Source: Longimicrobiales bacterium (lineage in GTDB: Bacteria; Gemmatimonadota; Gemmatimonadetes; Longimicrobiales; Gaopeijiaceae). Taken from it: 64,000 nucleotides of DNA. The stretch lies in NCBI GenBank assembly GCA_965249725.1, contig CBDFMQ010000002.1, forward strand, positions 2,816,001 through 2,880,000. Reading direction: 5' to 3'. A program made the translations under genes and the position numbers. This document shows, piece after piece, positions 36,321-46,357 of this stretch. Below the pieces are notes generated by a model, which did not search any database, was not told the origin of the DNA, and worked only from the letters and a program-made list of their open reading frames with translations. Position 1 is the stretch's first letter; each line of letters starts with the position of its first letter.

Positions 36321-37439
36321 CTACCCTCTGAACTGAACCAGGTTGTACAGCAGATCCCCCTGAAACACGACTCGCCGCACCAGCAGTTCATGCACCACCC
36401 CGTCGATCGGCGAGTGCAGCTCCTCCAGAACCGTCCCATCCAACCCCGTAACCCGCCCGATCAACTGCCCCCTCGTCAGCAGATCCCCCTGATCCGCGAT
36501 CCCCTGAAACACCCCGCACTCGGCGGCCCTGACCTGATCGAACTCAGGAGTCAGCTCCCTCTGACTCGCATGAATCACGGGACTTCCCTGGATCATCCCG
36601 AAGTGTTTCAGGTTGTTTGTCACCGCCAGGATGTGTGAGTTGATGAAGTCCTCTTCGGGCTGCGTCTTATAGCCCAGCCCGCACTGCGTGATGATGCTCG
36701 GAACGCCCGCCTGGGCCGCTTCGTAGACCAAGCTCCTGGGGCTCACCTCCCTCGACTGGAAGTACTCGAACCCGCACGCCTGAGACATCTCCTCGCTGAC
36801 CCGGTTCACATCGGCCGACGCATTCATGGGATGGATCGAGTGGATCAGGTGGGACTCGGCGAGGTCGCCGCCGCGAAGATCGATGTGATAGTCGGACTTC
36901 ACGACGAGCTCCTGGAACAGGTAGTGCGCGAGCACCTCGGTGGCCGAGCCGTCGGGATTGCCGGGAAAGACACCGTTCAGGCTCTTTCCGTCCATCGGGC
37001 TGATGCCCGCGTTCAAGCCGAACATGGGAGTCCGAAACCGGAACGCATCCATCGTGATGACCGGGACGATGATCACGCGACCCGAGATGTCCGCGGGATC
37101 GAAATCGCGGTACATGCGAGACGCCGCCTCGACGCCGGAATACTCGGTGGCGAACAGGCCGCCCGTCACGATCAGCGTCGGGCCCTCGCCGCTGCCGTTC
37201 ACCACACCCACGGGCATCTCGATGCGCACCGCATCGTTGTTCATGACGGTGTGGTAGGTGAACTGCTTGGTGCCGGCAGGGACGTCGAACGGGGCGTACT
37301 CGGGCGTTTGGTCCGAGGCGTCGATGGTCTGGGCGGTCGCCGCGACACCCCCCATGGCCAGCGCACCTACAGCGCTTGTCGTGCCCTTGGCGAACTCGCG
37401 CCGGGTCACCGGGCGACCTGTGGCTGCTGGCTTCTTCAT
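36321..37439 (-). CDS. Succinylglutamate desuccinylase/aspartoacylase-family protein with Tat signal
   Basis: TRREFAK; GPTLIVTGG...EY.G, LNGVFPG.PDGS.TE and IDLRGGD; biotinyl-like C-terminus. Confidence 0.85.
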   Translation of the reverse strand: MKKPAATGRPVTRREFAKGTTSAVGALAMGGVAATAQTIDASDQTPEYAPFDVPAGTKQFTYHTVMNNDAVRIEMPVGVVNGSGEGPTLIVTGGLFATEYSGVEAASRMYRDFDPADISGRVIIVPVITMDAFRFRTPMFGLNAGISPMDGKSLNGVFPGNPDGSATEVLAHYLFQELVVKSDYHIDLRGGDLAESHLIHSIHPMNASADVNRVSEEMSQACGFEYFQSREVSPRSLVYEAAQAGVPSIITQCGLGYKTQPEEDFINSHILAVTNNLKHFGMIQGSPVIHASQRELTPEFDQVRAAECGVFQGIADQGDLLTRGQLIGRVTGLDGTVLEELHSPIDGVVHELLVRRVVFQGDLLYNLVQFRG

Positions 37440-37551
37440 GTGATCCTCTCCCTAAGGCATTCCGATTCTGAGTGCGGTGACGCTCAATCTGTCGAGTCCC
37501 CGGCCCCAACCGCTACGTTGGGCGCTCACTTCTTGAGCCCGGGAGGCTGAA

Positions 37552-38469
37552 ATGGGATACCTCATCGGCGGCATCATCGCCCTCGCCATCATCGCCTGGG
37601 TCGTTCTCCGACGTCCATCCGAGGAGCCGGTGGTGGTCACCCCCGACCCGCCAGACGATTCCAAGGGGACGACCCCAGCCCCCCCCGGACCCGACGATGA
37701 CCTATCCGTCCCGATCGAAGAACGGTACGCGTCGAGCGGCTTTCCGGTCGCGGTGGATCAGCCCGACGGGCCCGTCCCCGGTGAACGGGAGCTGCCGGAT
37801 TTCCAGTGGCCGCAGATTCTCAGCGTCGACATGCCCGGAGCTCCCGAGTGCGGGCTTACGTATCCGCTGATCTACACCGACCTCTTCGAGTATCCTGCTG
37901 GCTGCGGAGATGTCGCGGGTGGGCTTCCCCAACGGCAGCGTGGGCTCCTTCGAAGAGCACGGGAGCAGGCCGCCGTTTACTGCTATCGCCAGATCGATCC
38001 GGACTGCCGCGGCGTGAATGAGATCAGCCACAGCTTCAGCCACCAGTGCTTTCAGGTCGACGGGAACACGCTCGTGGGCGTGACGATCACCTACTTCTTC
38101 GAGTGCTCCGGGCAGGCTGCGGGAGGGGACAGCGCGGGACCGCCTGATGTGACGGAGGTGCCGATTCCCCAGGCAGAGCCGAACTGCTCGAGCCAGTACC
38201 ACTACGTCGCGCACTCGGTGTCAGAGATCCTGAACGACTGCGCTTCACCCGACCGGCCTGCGATCGAACAAGGGAAGGAGCGCGATCTCCTGGAGGCAGC
38301 CCAGGATCACGCGCGCAGCTTCTGCGCCGGCGCCCGCCAGGAAAGCTGCCGGATTCCGGTTCACATCGGTCACGACATCGACCATCACTGCTTCCGGTCG
38401 GAGCCGGAGGACGCCTGGTTCCACACGAGCACGATCATCTACTTCTTTGGATGCCCGCCCACCGCCTGA
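37552..38469 (+). CDS. Membrane-anchored protein with tandemly duplicated six-Cys domain
   Basis: RBS GGAGG; N-terminal TM; two internally homologous repeats. Confidence 0.75.
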   Translation: MGYLIGGIIALAIIAWVVLRRPSEEPVVVTPDPPDDSKGTTPAPPGPDDDLSVPIEERYASSGFPVAVDQPDGPVPGERELPDFQWPQILSVDMPGAPECGLTYPLIYTDLFEYPAGCGDVAGGLPQRQRGLLRRAREQAAVYCYRQIDPDCRGVNEISHSFSHQCFQVDGNTLVGVTITYFFECSGQAAGGDSAGPPDVTEVPIPQAEPNCSSQYHYVAHSVSEILNDCASPDRPAIEQGKERDLLEAAQDHARSFCAGARQESCRIPVHIGHDIDHHCFRSEPEDAWFHTSTIIYFFGCPPTA

Positions 38470-38482
38470 GCCCCTCGGACCC

Positions 38483-39838
38483 TCACTCCTCCGGAAGGAC
38501 CGCCAAGATGCGCTCGTGCAGGGGTACCAGCTGTGCCACTTGCTCCGCCGAGAGCCTCCTTTCAAGGATTGCGGCGGCCTGCCGGAGCTCGGTGTGGGCA
38601 CGGTCGAGGTGGCTCGTGGGACCACCCTCCCGGGCTTGACGGAACGCACTCGGATCGGGTGAGTCGCCGGCTTCCAGGCGGTCGATCAGGTGCCGGTAAC
38701 CGAACGAGGCCGCCTCGAAGAGCCAGTGGTCGGGCGCGAAGCGAGCGACACTCATGAGGTCGGCGTAGGGATCGCTGCTCTCCGGCCGCCGGGCCAACTG
38801 TGCGCGGAGCGCGACGAACGTCGCGTGCCTGGCGAGCCCCAAGCGCGACAACGCGTTCCCCAAGTACACGCTCGCGTGCCGATCCGGTGAAAACGCCCAT
38901 CCCAGGTACATCCACACGGCCCAGTTCTCTACTGCGTTCTCGATCGGCGTCGCGCCGCGCTCGAGGGACTTCCGAGCCGCGTTCCCGACGTCCCACCACG
39001 AGTCGTGCAGCATCGGGTCGATCGGATCCGAGCGACCCGAGCGGAGCATGTGCTGGGCAACCAACGACGAGGTCCAACGCCGCACTTCAAAGCACTCCTC
39101 GGGGCGGAACCGCTCCACGTCCTCCGTCAGGCAGGGTGCGTCGGGGTTCGCCTCGCGTCGGTCGATGCTCCGGAGCGCCCCGACGGCGTGGATGAGCCAC
39201 GTGTCGGTCCCGGTCGCGTAGTATGCCTCGAGTGCGCCGCGAGCCAAGCCGCCGTCGTAGTCCAGGATGCCGACGGGGAGAGGAGCGTCCGGCATCCAGT
39301 CGATGTTGGCCTCCTCGAACGACCAGCGGGGGAACGCGAGAGCGACCGGAACGTCGGTCGGGTCGATCGCGGCCAGTTGGTCGGGGGTGAGGGACGACGG
39401 CCACGCATCCTCACCGAAGAGTCCCATCGCGAACGACACGTCGTCTTCGATCTGGAGGCCGCCGGGCTGGAAGCTCTGATCGAAACGCCCGACCGGGTCG
39501 ACCGACAAGGTCCGGATGTACGCGGCGATGTCGAGCGACGTCGTCATGTCCACGTGGCCGAGGGCCCGCCGGATGATCGTCGAGTCGGGAAAGGAGAAGA
39601 AGGCGAGGTCGAACCCATCGCGCGAGGCGTGACACCCGGCGCACGAGTCGACGAAGGCGGCTCGTCCGGCGACGGCGTTGGCCGTCGCCTGGGGCTGTTC
39701 CGCCTGCAGCTGCTCGGGGTGCTCTTGCTCAGGGGACTCTTGTACGGCTTGCTCTGCGTCGGTGGGGCTGTCGCACGCGGCAGCCAGCGCCAGGAGCGCC
39801 AGCAAGCAAGCGGACCGAAGGGGTGACAGGCGCCTCAT
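38483..39838 (-). CDS. Lipoprotein with monoheme cytochrome c motif
   Basis: AAAC lipobox; GRAAF...CAGCH. Confidence 0.75.
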   Translation of the reverse strand: MRRLSPLRSACLLALLALAAACDSPTDAEQAVQESPEQEHPEQLQAEQPQATANAVAGRAAFVDSCAGCHASRDGFDLAFFSFPDSTIIRRALGHVDMTTSLDIAAYIRTLSVDPVGRFDQSFQPGGLQIEDDVSFAMGLFGEDAWPSSLTPDQLAAIDPTDVPVALAFPRWSFEEANIDWMPDAPLPVGILDYDGGLARGALEAYYATGTDTWLIHAVGALRSIDRREANPDAPCLTEDVERFRPEECFEVRRWTSSLVAQHMLRSGRSDPIDPMLHDSWWDVGNAARKSLERGATPIENAVENWAVWMYLGWAFSPDRHASVYLGNALSRLGLARHATFVALRAQLARRPESSDPYADLMSVARFAPDHWLFEAASFGYRHLIDRLEAGDSPDPSAFRQAREGGPTSHLDRAHTELRQAAAILERRLSAEQVAQLVPLHERILAVLPEE

Positions 39839-40044
39839 TGGTGTCCTCCGTGTCACGGGGGGCGGGTCGGGGGGATTGTTCTGTCGACGCCGTCGGCTCA
39901 TCCGGCGTTAAAAAGGGACCCGGGCGGTCGCAACGGTCTTTCCTTCTCTCATCCGATGTGGTCGATTGTGCCAGCTTGGGCACTCCGCCGGCCTTTTGGG
40001 CGGCTACCCGACTTCCTCCCGGCACTTCCACATGAGGCTCATCG

Positions 40045-40470
40045 ATGAGTGACGCACCGCAGAGTGACGCACCGCAGAGTGACGCACCGCACCAGCCTGT
40101 CCAAGCCTCGGGGCTTCCCAAGCCGGCGGGCCCTTACTCGCCGGGCATCATCTTCGATCGGCTCGTCCTCGTCTCGGGACAGGGCGCGACCGACCCCGAC
40201 ACCGGCACGCTCCAGGGGCACGACATGGAGACGCAGACGCGCCAGGTCTTTCGAAACATCCAGGCGATTCTCGAGGCCGGCGGATCGGATCTCTCGAAGG
40301 TGCTGCGCTGCGGCGTCTTTCTCGTGGATCTGCGGGACTTCGAGAAGATGAATGCGGTCTACGCGGAGATCTTTGGAGATCACCGCCCGGCGCGTACCAC
40401 GGTGCAGGTCGCTGCGCTTCCAGACCCCGGGCTCCGCGTGGAGATCGACGCGATCGCCTACCGGGAGTAG
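40045..40470 (+). CDS. RidA/YjgF family protein
   Basis: PAGPYS, VSGQG, QTRQV..NI..IL, MNAVY..F...PARTTV.VA.LP...VEIDAIA. Confidence 0.93.
   Translation: MSDAPQSDAPQSDAPHQPVQASGLPKPAGPYSPGIIFDRLVLVSGQGATDPDTGTLQGHDMETQTRQVFRNIQAILEAGGSDLSKVLRCGVFLVDLRDFEKMNAVYAEIFGDHRPARTTVQVAALPDPGLRVEIDAIAYRE
40047..40091 (+). repeat. 15-bp tandem repeat x3 (GAGTGACGCACCGCA), encoding SDAPQ/H
   Basis: Three exact copies at the gene 5' end. Confidence 0.9.
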
Positions 40471-40482
40471 CCGGCAGGTCTC

Positions 40483-41010
40483 TCAGTCCAGCATCTCTTC
40501 CAGAGCGAGCCTGGTCTTCGGAGGGAGCCGCTCCTCGTCGAAGTAGCGCGTGACGATGGCGAGCGCCTCGTCGGCCCTCGTGATATTCAGCCATCGTAAG
40601 AGGTAGCGCACGTCGTCCAAGTCGTGAAACTCGGCGCCGAGCCTCATGGCGGCACACTTCATCGCAAGCAGGTACTCCGGGTGCGCCACGAAGACGCGAA
40701 GGTGCGACAACTCGAGAAAGGGGTCGAAGTCACCCCTCGGGCTGAGGAATCCCTTCACGGCATCGTTGAGCCACTTGTCGCCCACCCCCGCCGCCGCGCC
40801 GACACGAACCGCGGCTTCGCGGACGGCGGTCGTCGGCTTGAACAAGGCGTCGACATCGACCGTCGAATCGCGAGCGTTCAGTGCCAGGCACATGACCGCG
40901 CCCCCCACCAGGTAGAGCTCGCCGATCGTGTCCACTCCCGCCAGTTCGTCATTCAAGAGACGCAAGAGCTCCTGGATGCGCTCGGAAGTCAGTCCCCCCG
41001 ATCCGGTCAC
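40483..41010 (-). CDS. Nucleotidyltransferase (DUF6036/AbiEii-like) putative toxin
   Basis: LYLVGGA.M......RDST.DVDA, WLND and LLAMK..A.R....D..DV; GTGA overlap with the upstream gene. Confidence 0.8.
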   Translation of the reverse strand: MTGSGGLTSERIQELLRLLNDELAGVDTIGELYLVGGAVMCLALNARDSTVDVDALFKPTTAVREAAVRVGAAAGVGDKWLNDAVKGFLSPRGDFDPFLELSHLRVFVAHPEYLLAMKCAAMRLGAEFHDLDDVRYLLRWLNITRADEALAIVTRYFDEERLPPKTRLALEEMLD

Positions 41011-41498
41011 ACGCGGTCTCCCAGGGCCGAATCCACGAAGAGCTGCCGACGCCTGAACGGGACGGGAGATACACGGAGAAGGTGCGGTCGGAGACTCAGA
41101 AGCGGCGCCGCAAAGTACGGTTCCGCCAGGGGCTCGACCGCCTTGGTCCACGCGGGGGGAGTTAGCCCGCGAATCCGTGCCGCCTGCTCCGCGAGCGCAC
41201 AAACGTAGTTCCTCGCGAAGGGGCTCAGCTCGACGAGGTCCACGGATTCCACGGAAGCGGTGAACTCGGACGGCCCGAGGTCGGACAGGAAGTCGTTCAG
41301 CTCGGCGAGCTCAAACCGACAGTCGGCCTTCCGCTCGAGCGTGTGGAGGATGTCCTGAAGGCGACCGCTCCGGGCCGGAAAGACCCTTCCGAGCACATAT
41401 TGGGACACGTCCCGGTCGGCCTGCGCGGCCAACGCCTTGAGGCGATCCTTCTGTTCGGGGGAGATCCGGATCTGCAGTTGGCTGGTCTTCGTGGACAT
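41007..41498 (-). CDS. Putative antitoxin with N-terminal RHH (DUF1778-like)
   Basis: KTSQLQIRIS..QK..L...A....VS.YVL; P.W....PL.EP.F...SP..FRRR.LF. Confidence 0.7.
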   Translation of the reverse strand: MSTKTSQLQIRISPEQKDRLKALAAQADRDVSQYVLGRVFPARSGRLQDILHTLERKADCRFELAELNDFLSDLGPSEFTASVESVDLVELSPFARNYVCALAEQAARIRGLTPPAWTKAVEPLAEPYFAAPLLSLRPHLLRVSPVPFRRRQLFVDSALGDRV

Positions 41499-41668
41499 GA
41501 GGCAAACTTACGCGGCCGACCGCCAATGTCAATACCTATGTCAATACAGACGCGCCGCTCAGCAGGCGGCAAGCGTACCGGTGTGCCCCGCATGGCGCCT
41601 CTTGATCCCATCCAGGATTGCTTGTAGAATGCTTATATACACTAAGTCTCTGTCATATGAGCTTTTTG

Positions 41669-41962
41669 ATGCATGTAAGCATTCCTTTTCAATCCGATCC
41701 CGAGATCATGGCCGAGATCGGCGAGCGCTTGAGAGCCCTGCGCAAGGCCCGCCAGCTCACCAGGGCCGAGGCCGCGGAGCAGGCCGGCCTGAATCTGAGC
41801 ACGGTCGCGAGGGCGGAGAAAGGGAGCAACCCGACCCTTCTCACACTCTTGCGGCTGCTGCGCGTCTACGGCGACCTCCACTCCGTCGAGAACCTCGTCT
41901 CCGAGGCCGACGTGAGCCCCCTTGCCGTAGTGGCCTCGAAGCGAGACGACGCTCGTGGCTGA
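41669..41962 (+). CDS. HipB-like HTH antitoxin
   Basis: IGERLRALRKARQLTRAEAAEQAGLNLSTVARAEKG; overlaps hipA. Confidence 0.85.
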   Translation: MHVSIPFQSDPEIMAEIGERLRALRKARQLTRAEAAEQAGLNLSTVARAEKGSNPTLLTLLRLLRVYGDLHSVENLVSEADVSPLAVVASKRDDARG

Positions 41963-43241
41963 GGAACCCGCCGTAGCCGAAGTCTGGCTTTGGGACGCCT
42001 ACGTCGGAGCCGTCATCGAGCTGCACGACAACAGCATCCTGTTCGAGTACTCCGATTCGTTTCGGTCGGGTGACTTGGAGATTTCCCCCCTCCGACTGCC
42101 TCTTCAGCCAGGCGCATACTCATTCCCGGACCTGCTCCGCAAAAACGCCTTCCATGGGCTGCCCGGAGTCCTGGCCGACGCCCTGCCCGACGCCTTCGGG
42201 GCCGCGGTCCTGCGCTCGTACTTCACCGCGATCGGCGAGACGCATATGGCGATGTCGCCGGTCCAGCACCTGCTGTATGCGGGGACCCGGGCGATCGGCG
42301 CTCTGGAGTTCAAGCCGGCCGCAGACTTCGGGGACCGCCCCCCTGAGCAGGAGGCCCTCGAGGTCGCGAGTCTCGTAGCCGACGCGCGAAGCATCATCAA
42401 GGGAAAGGTCGACGTCACGATTCCTGAGATCTTCCGCATCGGGACCTCGGCCGGCGGCATGCGGCCGAAGGCAGTCGTCCTCTACAACCGCTCCAGTAGC
42501 GAGGTTCGCTCGGCCTTCGCTACGGCGAGGGCCGGCGACGAACCCTGCATCCTGAAGTTCGACGGCGTCGGGAAGATCGCCGGAGGTGACACGATCGGAG
42601 ATCCCGAGCACTACAACCGCGTCGAAGCCGCATACGCGCTCATGGCCCGCCACGCGGGGTTGGACGTGGTCGACGTCGAGGTCGTCGAGAGCCCAGAGGG
42701 ACACGCGCACCTCGCCATCCCCCGGTTCGACATCACGCCCACCGGAGTGCTCCATCAGCATACGCTGGGCGGCATGCTCCACGTCGACTACAACGATCTG
42801 GGAGCGAGCAGCTACGAGGAGTACCTACGCACCATCCTGGGCATAGGGATGTCCGCCGCCGCTGTGGCCGAAGGCTTTCGGCGCATGGCGTTCAATGTGC
42901 TGGCGGTCAACCAGGACGACCACGTGAAGAATCTCTCCTTCCACATGGACCCCACCGGTGCGTGGAGACTGACGCCGGCATACGACCTGACCTTCGCGAA
43001 GGGTGGACGCTGGACCGCGACCCATCAGATGCACGTCGCAGGAAAACGTGAAGGCATCACCCGCTCCGACCTGGTCGAGGTCGCAGCCCAATTCGCGATC
43101 AAGGGCGCGGAAGCCATCCTCGGCCAAATCGAGGACGCCGTCGCGTCCTGGCCCTCGTTCGCACGAGTAACGCAGGTGCCTCGAGAGGCCGTGGACTCCA
43201 TAGGCTCCGAACTGGAGGCTCGGCGCCAAGCGGTGGGGTAG
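41955..43241 (+). CDS. hipA: HipA-family kinase toxin
   Basis: DALPD.FG, SAGGMRPK, ILKF, RFD, NQDDHVKN.SF and LTPAYDL motifs. Confidence 0.93.
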   Translation: MAEEPAVAEVWLWDAYVGAVIELHDNSILFEYSDSFRSGDLEISPLRLPLQPGAYSFPDLLRKNAFHGLPGVLADALPDAFGAAVLRSYFTAIGETHMAMSPVQHLLYAGTRAIGALEFKPAADFGDRPPEQEALEVASLVADARSIIKGKVDVTIPEIFRIGTSAGGMRPKAVVLYNRSSSEVRSAFATARAGDEPCILKFDGVGKIAGGDTIGDPEHYNRVEAAYALMARHAGLDVVDVEVVESPEGHAHLAIPRFDITPTGVLHQHTLGGMLHVDYNDLGASSYEEYLRTILGIGMSAAAVAEGFRRMAFNVLAVNQDDHVKNLSFHMDPTGAWRLTPAYDLTFAKGGRWTATHQMHVAGKREGITRSDLVEVAAQFAIKGAEAILGQIEDAVASWPSFARVTQVPREAVDSIGSELEARRQAVG

Positions 43242-43329
43242 GCATCTTCCAGTCCGTCGTCGGCTTGAGACCCTTCACCCCCCGACCTAGAATCAACCGG
43301 CTTCGCGTTCACTCGAGCTGGAGGTCCCG

Positions 43330-45031
43330 ATGGTCCGGAACGCACGTAGGAATGGGTGGTGCTCCGCAGCGACGGCCTTTCTCCTCACGGCCGTGCTCAT
43401 GGCCACTGGATGTCGGGCACCCGACGGGCGATCTCCCCTGCGATTCGCGGTCTCCTTTCCGGCGGACCGCAGCGCACGACCACTCGATGGCCGTATCCTC
43501 CTCATGGTCTCCAATCTCGAGGAGCCCGAACCGCGCTTTCAGGTGGGCGTTTTCATGGCCGAGTCACCCCCCATCTTCGGGATCGACGTGAACGGGCTCG
43601 AACCCGAGGAAGAGGCCATCATCGACGCTGATGTGTTCGGTTATCCGCTGGAGAGCCTCTCTGAGCTTCCCCCCGGCGAGTACTGGGTCCAGGCACTCCT
43701 CCACCGCTACGAGACGTTCACGAGGTCCGACGGACACACTCTCAAGCTCCCGATGGACCGCGGAGAGGGACAGGTCTGGCAGAGCGCCCCGGGCAACTTG
43801 TTCAGCACCCCACAGCGGGTCCGAGTGGATCCTGGCCGCAACGACGTGATCCGGATCAGCCTAGAGCAGGAGATCCCGCCGCTACCCCCGTACGAGGACA
43901 CCGAGTACGTCCGTTACGTACAGGTCGAGAGCAAGCTGCTGTCGGAGTTCTTGGGGGCGACCGATGCATCTCGGAGCCATCGTCCTCCTCCCGGAAGGCT
44001 GGGCCGACCACCCCGACGCCCACTATCCCTTGATGATCAACCACGGACACTTCGAGCGGGAGTTCCGCGGCTTCAGCGAGACGCCGCCCGCCCCGGGCCT
44101 GGACGGTTCTGAGCTCGCGCGCGCCGAGCGCGACCACGCATTCTACAGGGAGTGGACGGGCCCCGGGTACCCGCGGATGCTGTACGCCAAGATCCAGCAT
44201 GCGAATCCGTATTACGACGACTCCTACGCCGTGAACTCGGCGAACCTGGGTCCCTACGGAGACGCGATCAACTACGAGCTGATTCCCGAGATCGAGCGCC
44301 TCTTCCGGGGCATCGGACAAGGGTGGGCCCGTGGCCTGCACGGCGGCTCCACGGGCGGATGGGAGGTGCTCGGCTCACAGATTTTCTATCCCGACGAGTA
44401 CAATGGCGCCTGGGCGGCCTGCCCTGACGTGGTCAACTTCCACTTCTACCGCATCGTTCCCCTCTACGACGCCGACAACGCGTACTACGAGCAGACCGAG
44501 TGGCGGCGGATCTACCGGCCGGGATACCGGAACACATTAGGGGAGCTCAGAAACACCTTCGAGGAGCGGAACCTGATCGAACTCGTGATCGGGACGAACA
44601 GCCGCTCCGGCGGCCAGCATGACATCTGGCCGGCCGTCTTCGGTCCGGTGGGTGATGACGGGTATCCGGCCTACCCCTACGACAAGTGGACAGGGGAGAT
44701 CGACCGCGATGTCGTGGAGTACTGGCGTGAGCACTACGACCTGACGCACATCCTGGAGCGGGACTGGGCCACGCTGGGACGCAAGCTCCAGGGCAAGCTG
44801 CACATCTACATGGGAGACATGGACAACGGCTACCTGAACAACGCCGTCTACATCCTCGAGGAGTTCCTCGAGAGTACCACGAACCCGTATTACGGCGGCT
44901 CGGTGGAGTACGGTGACCGGCAGCCGCACTGCTACAGCGGCCATGACCGGCGCTACTGGTTCGACCAACTCCAGGCGAGAATCTTGGAGACGGCGCCGGT
45001 GGGCGTGGACCTGGCTAGCTGGCGGTATTGA
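43330..45031 (+). pseudogene. Secreted esterase-like alpha/beta hydrolase, frameshifted near 43952
   Basis: ORFs join as SKLLSEF(W)GRPMHLGAIVLLPEG; GGSTGGW nucleophile motif. Confidence 0.8.
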
Positions 45032-45180
45032 ACCATCGCATGGCCGGTTCCTCTCGGGGGCTGAGGTCGTCGCAAGGTATCGCCACGCCCCGCCGCTCGC
45101 CCCATCTTGCGGTAATACCCCCATCCCGCCACACGGGCGGTAGCAACCACCGTTCCTGGCCACGCTCGAGGAAGCAATCG

Positions 45181-46320
45181 ATGAGGAACGAGCAGCACAG
45201 GCTTGTTTACATCGAGCAGGTTCGAATCGTCTACAGCCAGTCATCCACGGCGATCGTTGGTGGCTCGATCGTCAGCGTCCTGTTCGTCTGGATGTTCTGG
45301 AACGTCAGCGACCACGCCGTCCTCCTCGGATGGTGGGCCTGTTCGCAGGTCGTGTTGCTGGTCCGGATCGTGCCTTATGTGGCCTTCAATCGGCGTCGGG
45401 ATAACTCAGGCATTCAGCGTTGGGGCGATGTGTATGCCTTCCTCGCGTTCCTTCAAGGCTCTATCTGGGGTGCGGCATGGTTGATCCTGCTGCCCGTGTC
45501 GGATCCCATGTACAACGTCGTCGCGGTGACTTGGATCATCGGTCTCACGGCCGCCTCGGTGAGCGCCTACATCGCACATCTGAGGTCATTGCTGGCGTTC
45601 TTCGTGCCTGTGGACGCCCCGGGCCTCGCCCAACTCGTCGCTATCGGAGGCCGGCTCCACCTCGGTCTGGCACTCGTCGTCGTCATCTACATTATCGTCG
45701 CGCTGCGTGCGCTCATCCCGATCAACCGTTCCATGATTCGGGCGATAGGACTCAACTTCAAGCTGGAGGAGGAGATCAGGGAGCGGCAGAGGGTCGAGAT
45801 CCAGCTCAGGGAGCTTTCACTCCGAGACGGCCTCACGGGATTGTCCAATCGCCGCCACTTCGACAGTACGTTGGACATCGAGCTGCAGCGGGCACAGCGA
45901 CACTCACAACCACTGTCATTGGTCCTCATGGACATCGACGACTTCAAGCTGTTCAACGATACCTACGGTCACGTCGAGGGCGACGAGTGTCTGAGGCGAC
46001 TGAGTGCTCTGATCGAAGGCGCCGTGAAGCGTACAGGAGACCTCGCCGCTCGATACGGGGGTGACGAACTCGCCCTCATACTTCCCGATGCCGATGCCGA
46101 AGACGCACGCCGGATCACCGAGGGGATGCGCCAGGGGGTCTACGACCTGGCCATTCCACACGAATCCTCGAGTGTCGAGGGGTGCGACAGAATCACGATC
46201 AGCGCGGGCATCGCCACGATGATGCCCGACAGGGATTCCGTGGCGGCGGACCTCGTCGTGCTGGCCGACGAGGCGCTATACAGCGCCAAGCGAAGCGGAA
46301 GGAACCGCACGGTGGGCTAG
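45181..46320 (+). CDS. Membrane-bound GGDEF diguanylate cyclase (GGDEL)
   Basis: About 6 TM; DGLTGL.NRR, DID.FK..ND.YGH..GD and ARYGGDEL motifs. Confidence 0.92.
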   Translation: MRNEQHRLVYIEQVRIVYSQSSTAIVGGSIVSVLFVWMFWNVSDHAVLLGWWACSQVVLLVRIVPYVAFNRRRDNSGIQRWGDVYAFLAFLQGSIWGAAWLILLPVSDPMYNVVAVTWIIGLTAASVSAYIAHLRSLLAFFVPVDAPGLAQLVAIGGRLHLGLALVVVIYIIVALRALIPINRSMIRAIGLNFKLEEEIRERQRVEIQLRELSLRDGLTGLSNRRHFDSTLDIELQRAQRHSQPLSLVLMDIDDFKLFNDTYGHVEGDECLRRLSALIEGAVKRTGDLAARYGGDELALILPDADAEDARRITEGMRQGVYDLAIPHESSSVEGCDRITISAGIATMMPDRDSVAADLVVLADEALYSAKRSGRNRTVG

Positions 46321-46357
46321 GGGATCGAATATCCGTGGAGATCGAAGTGGAGGACCG

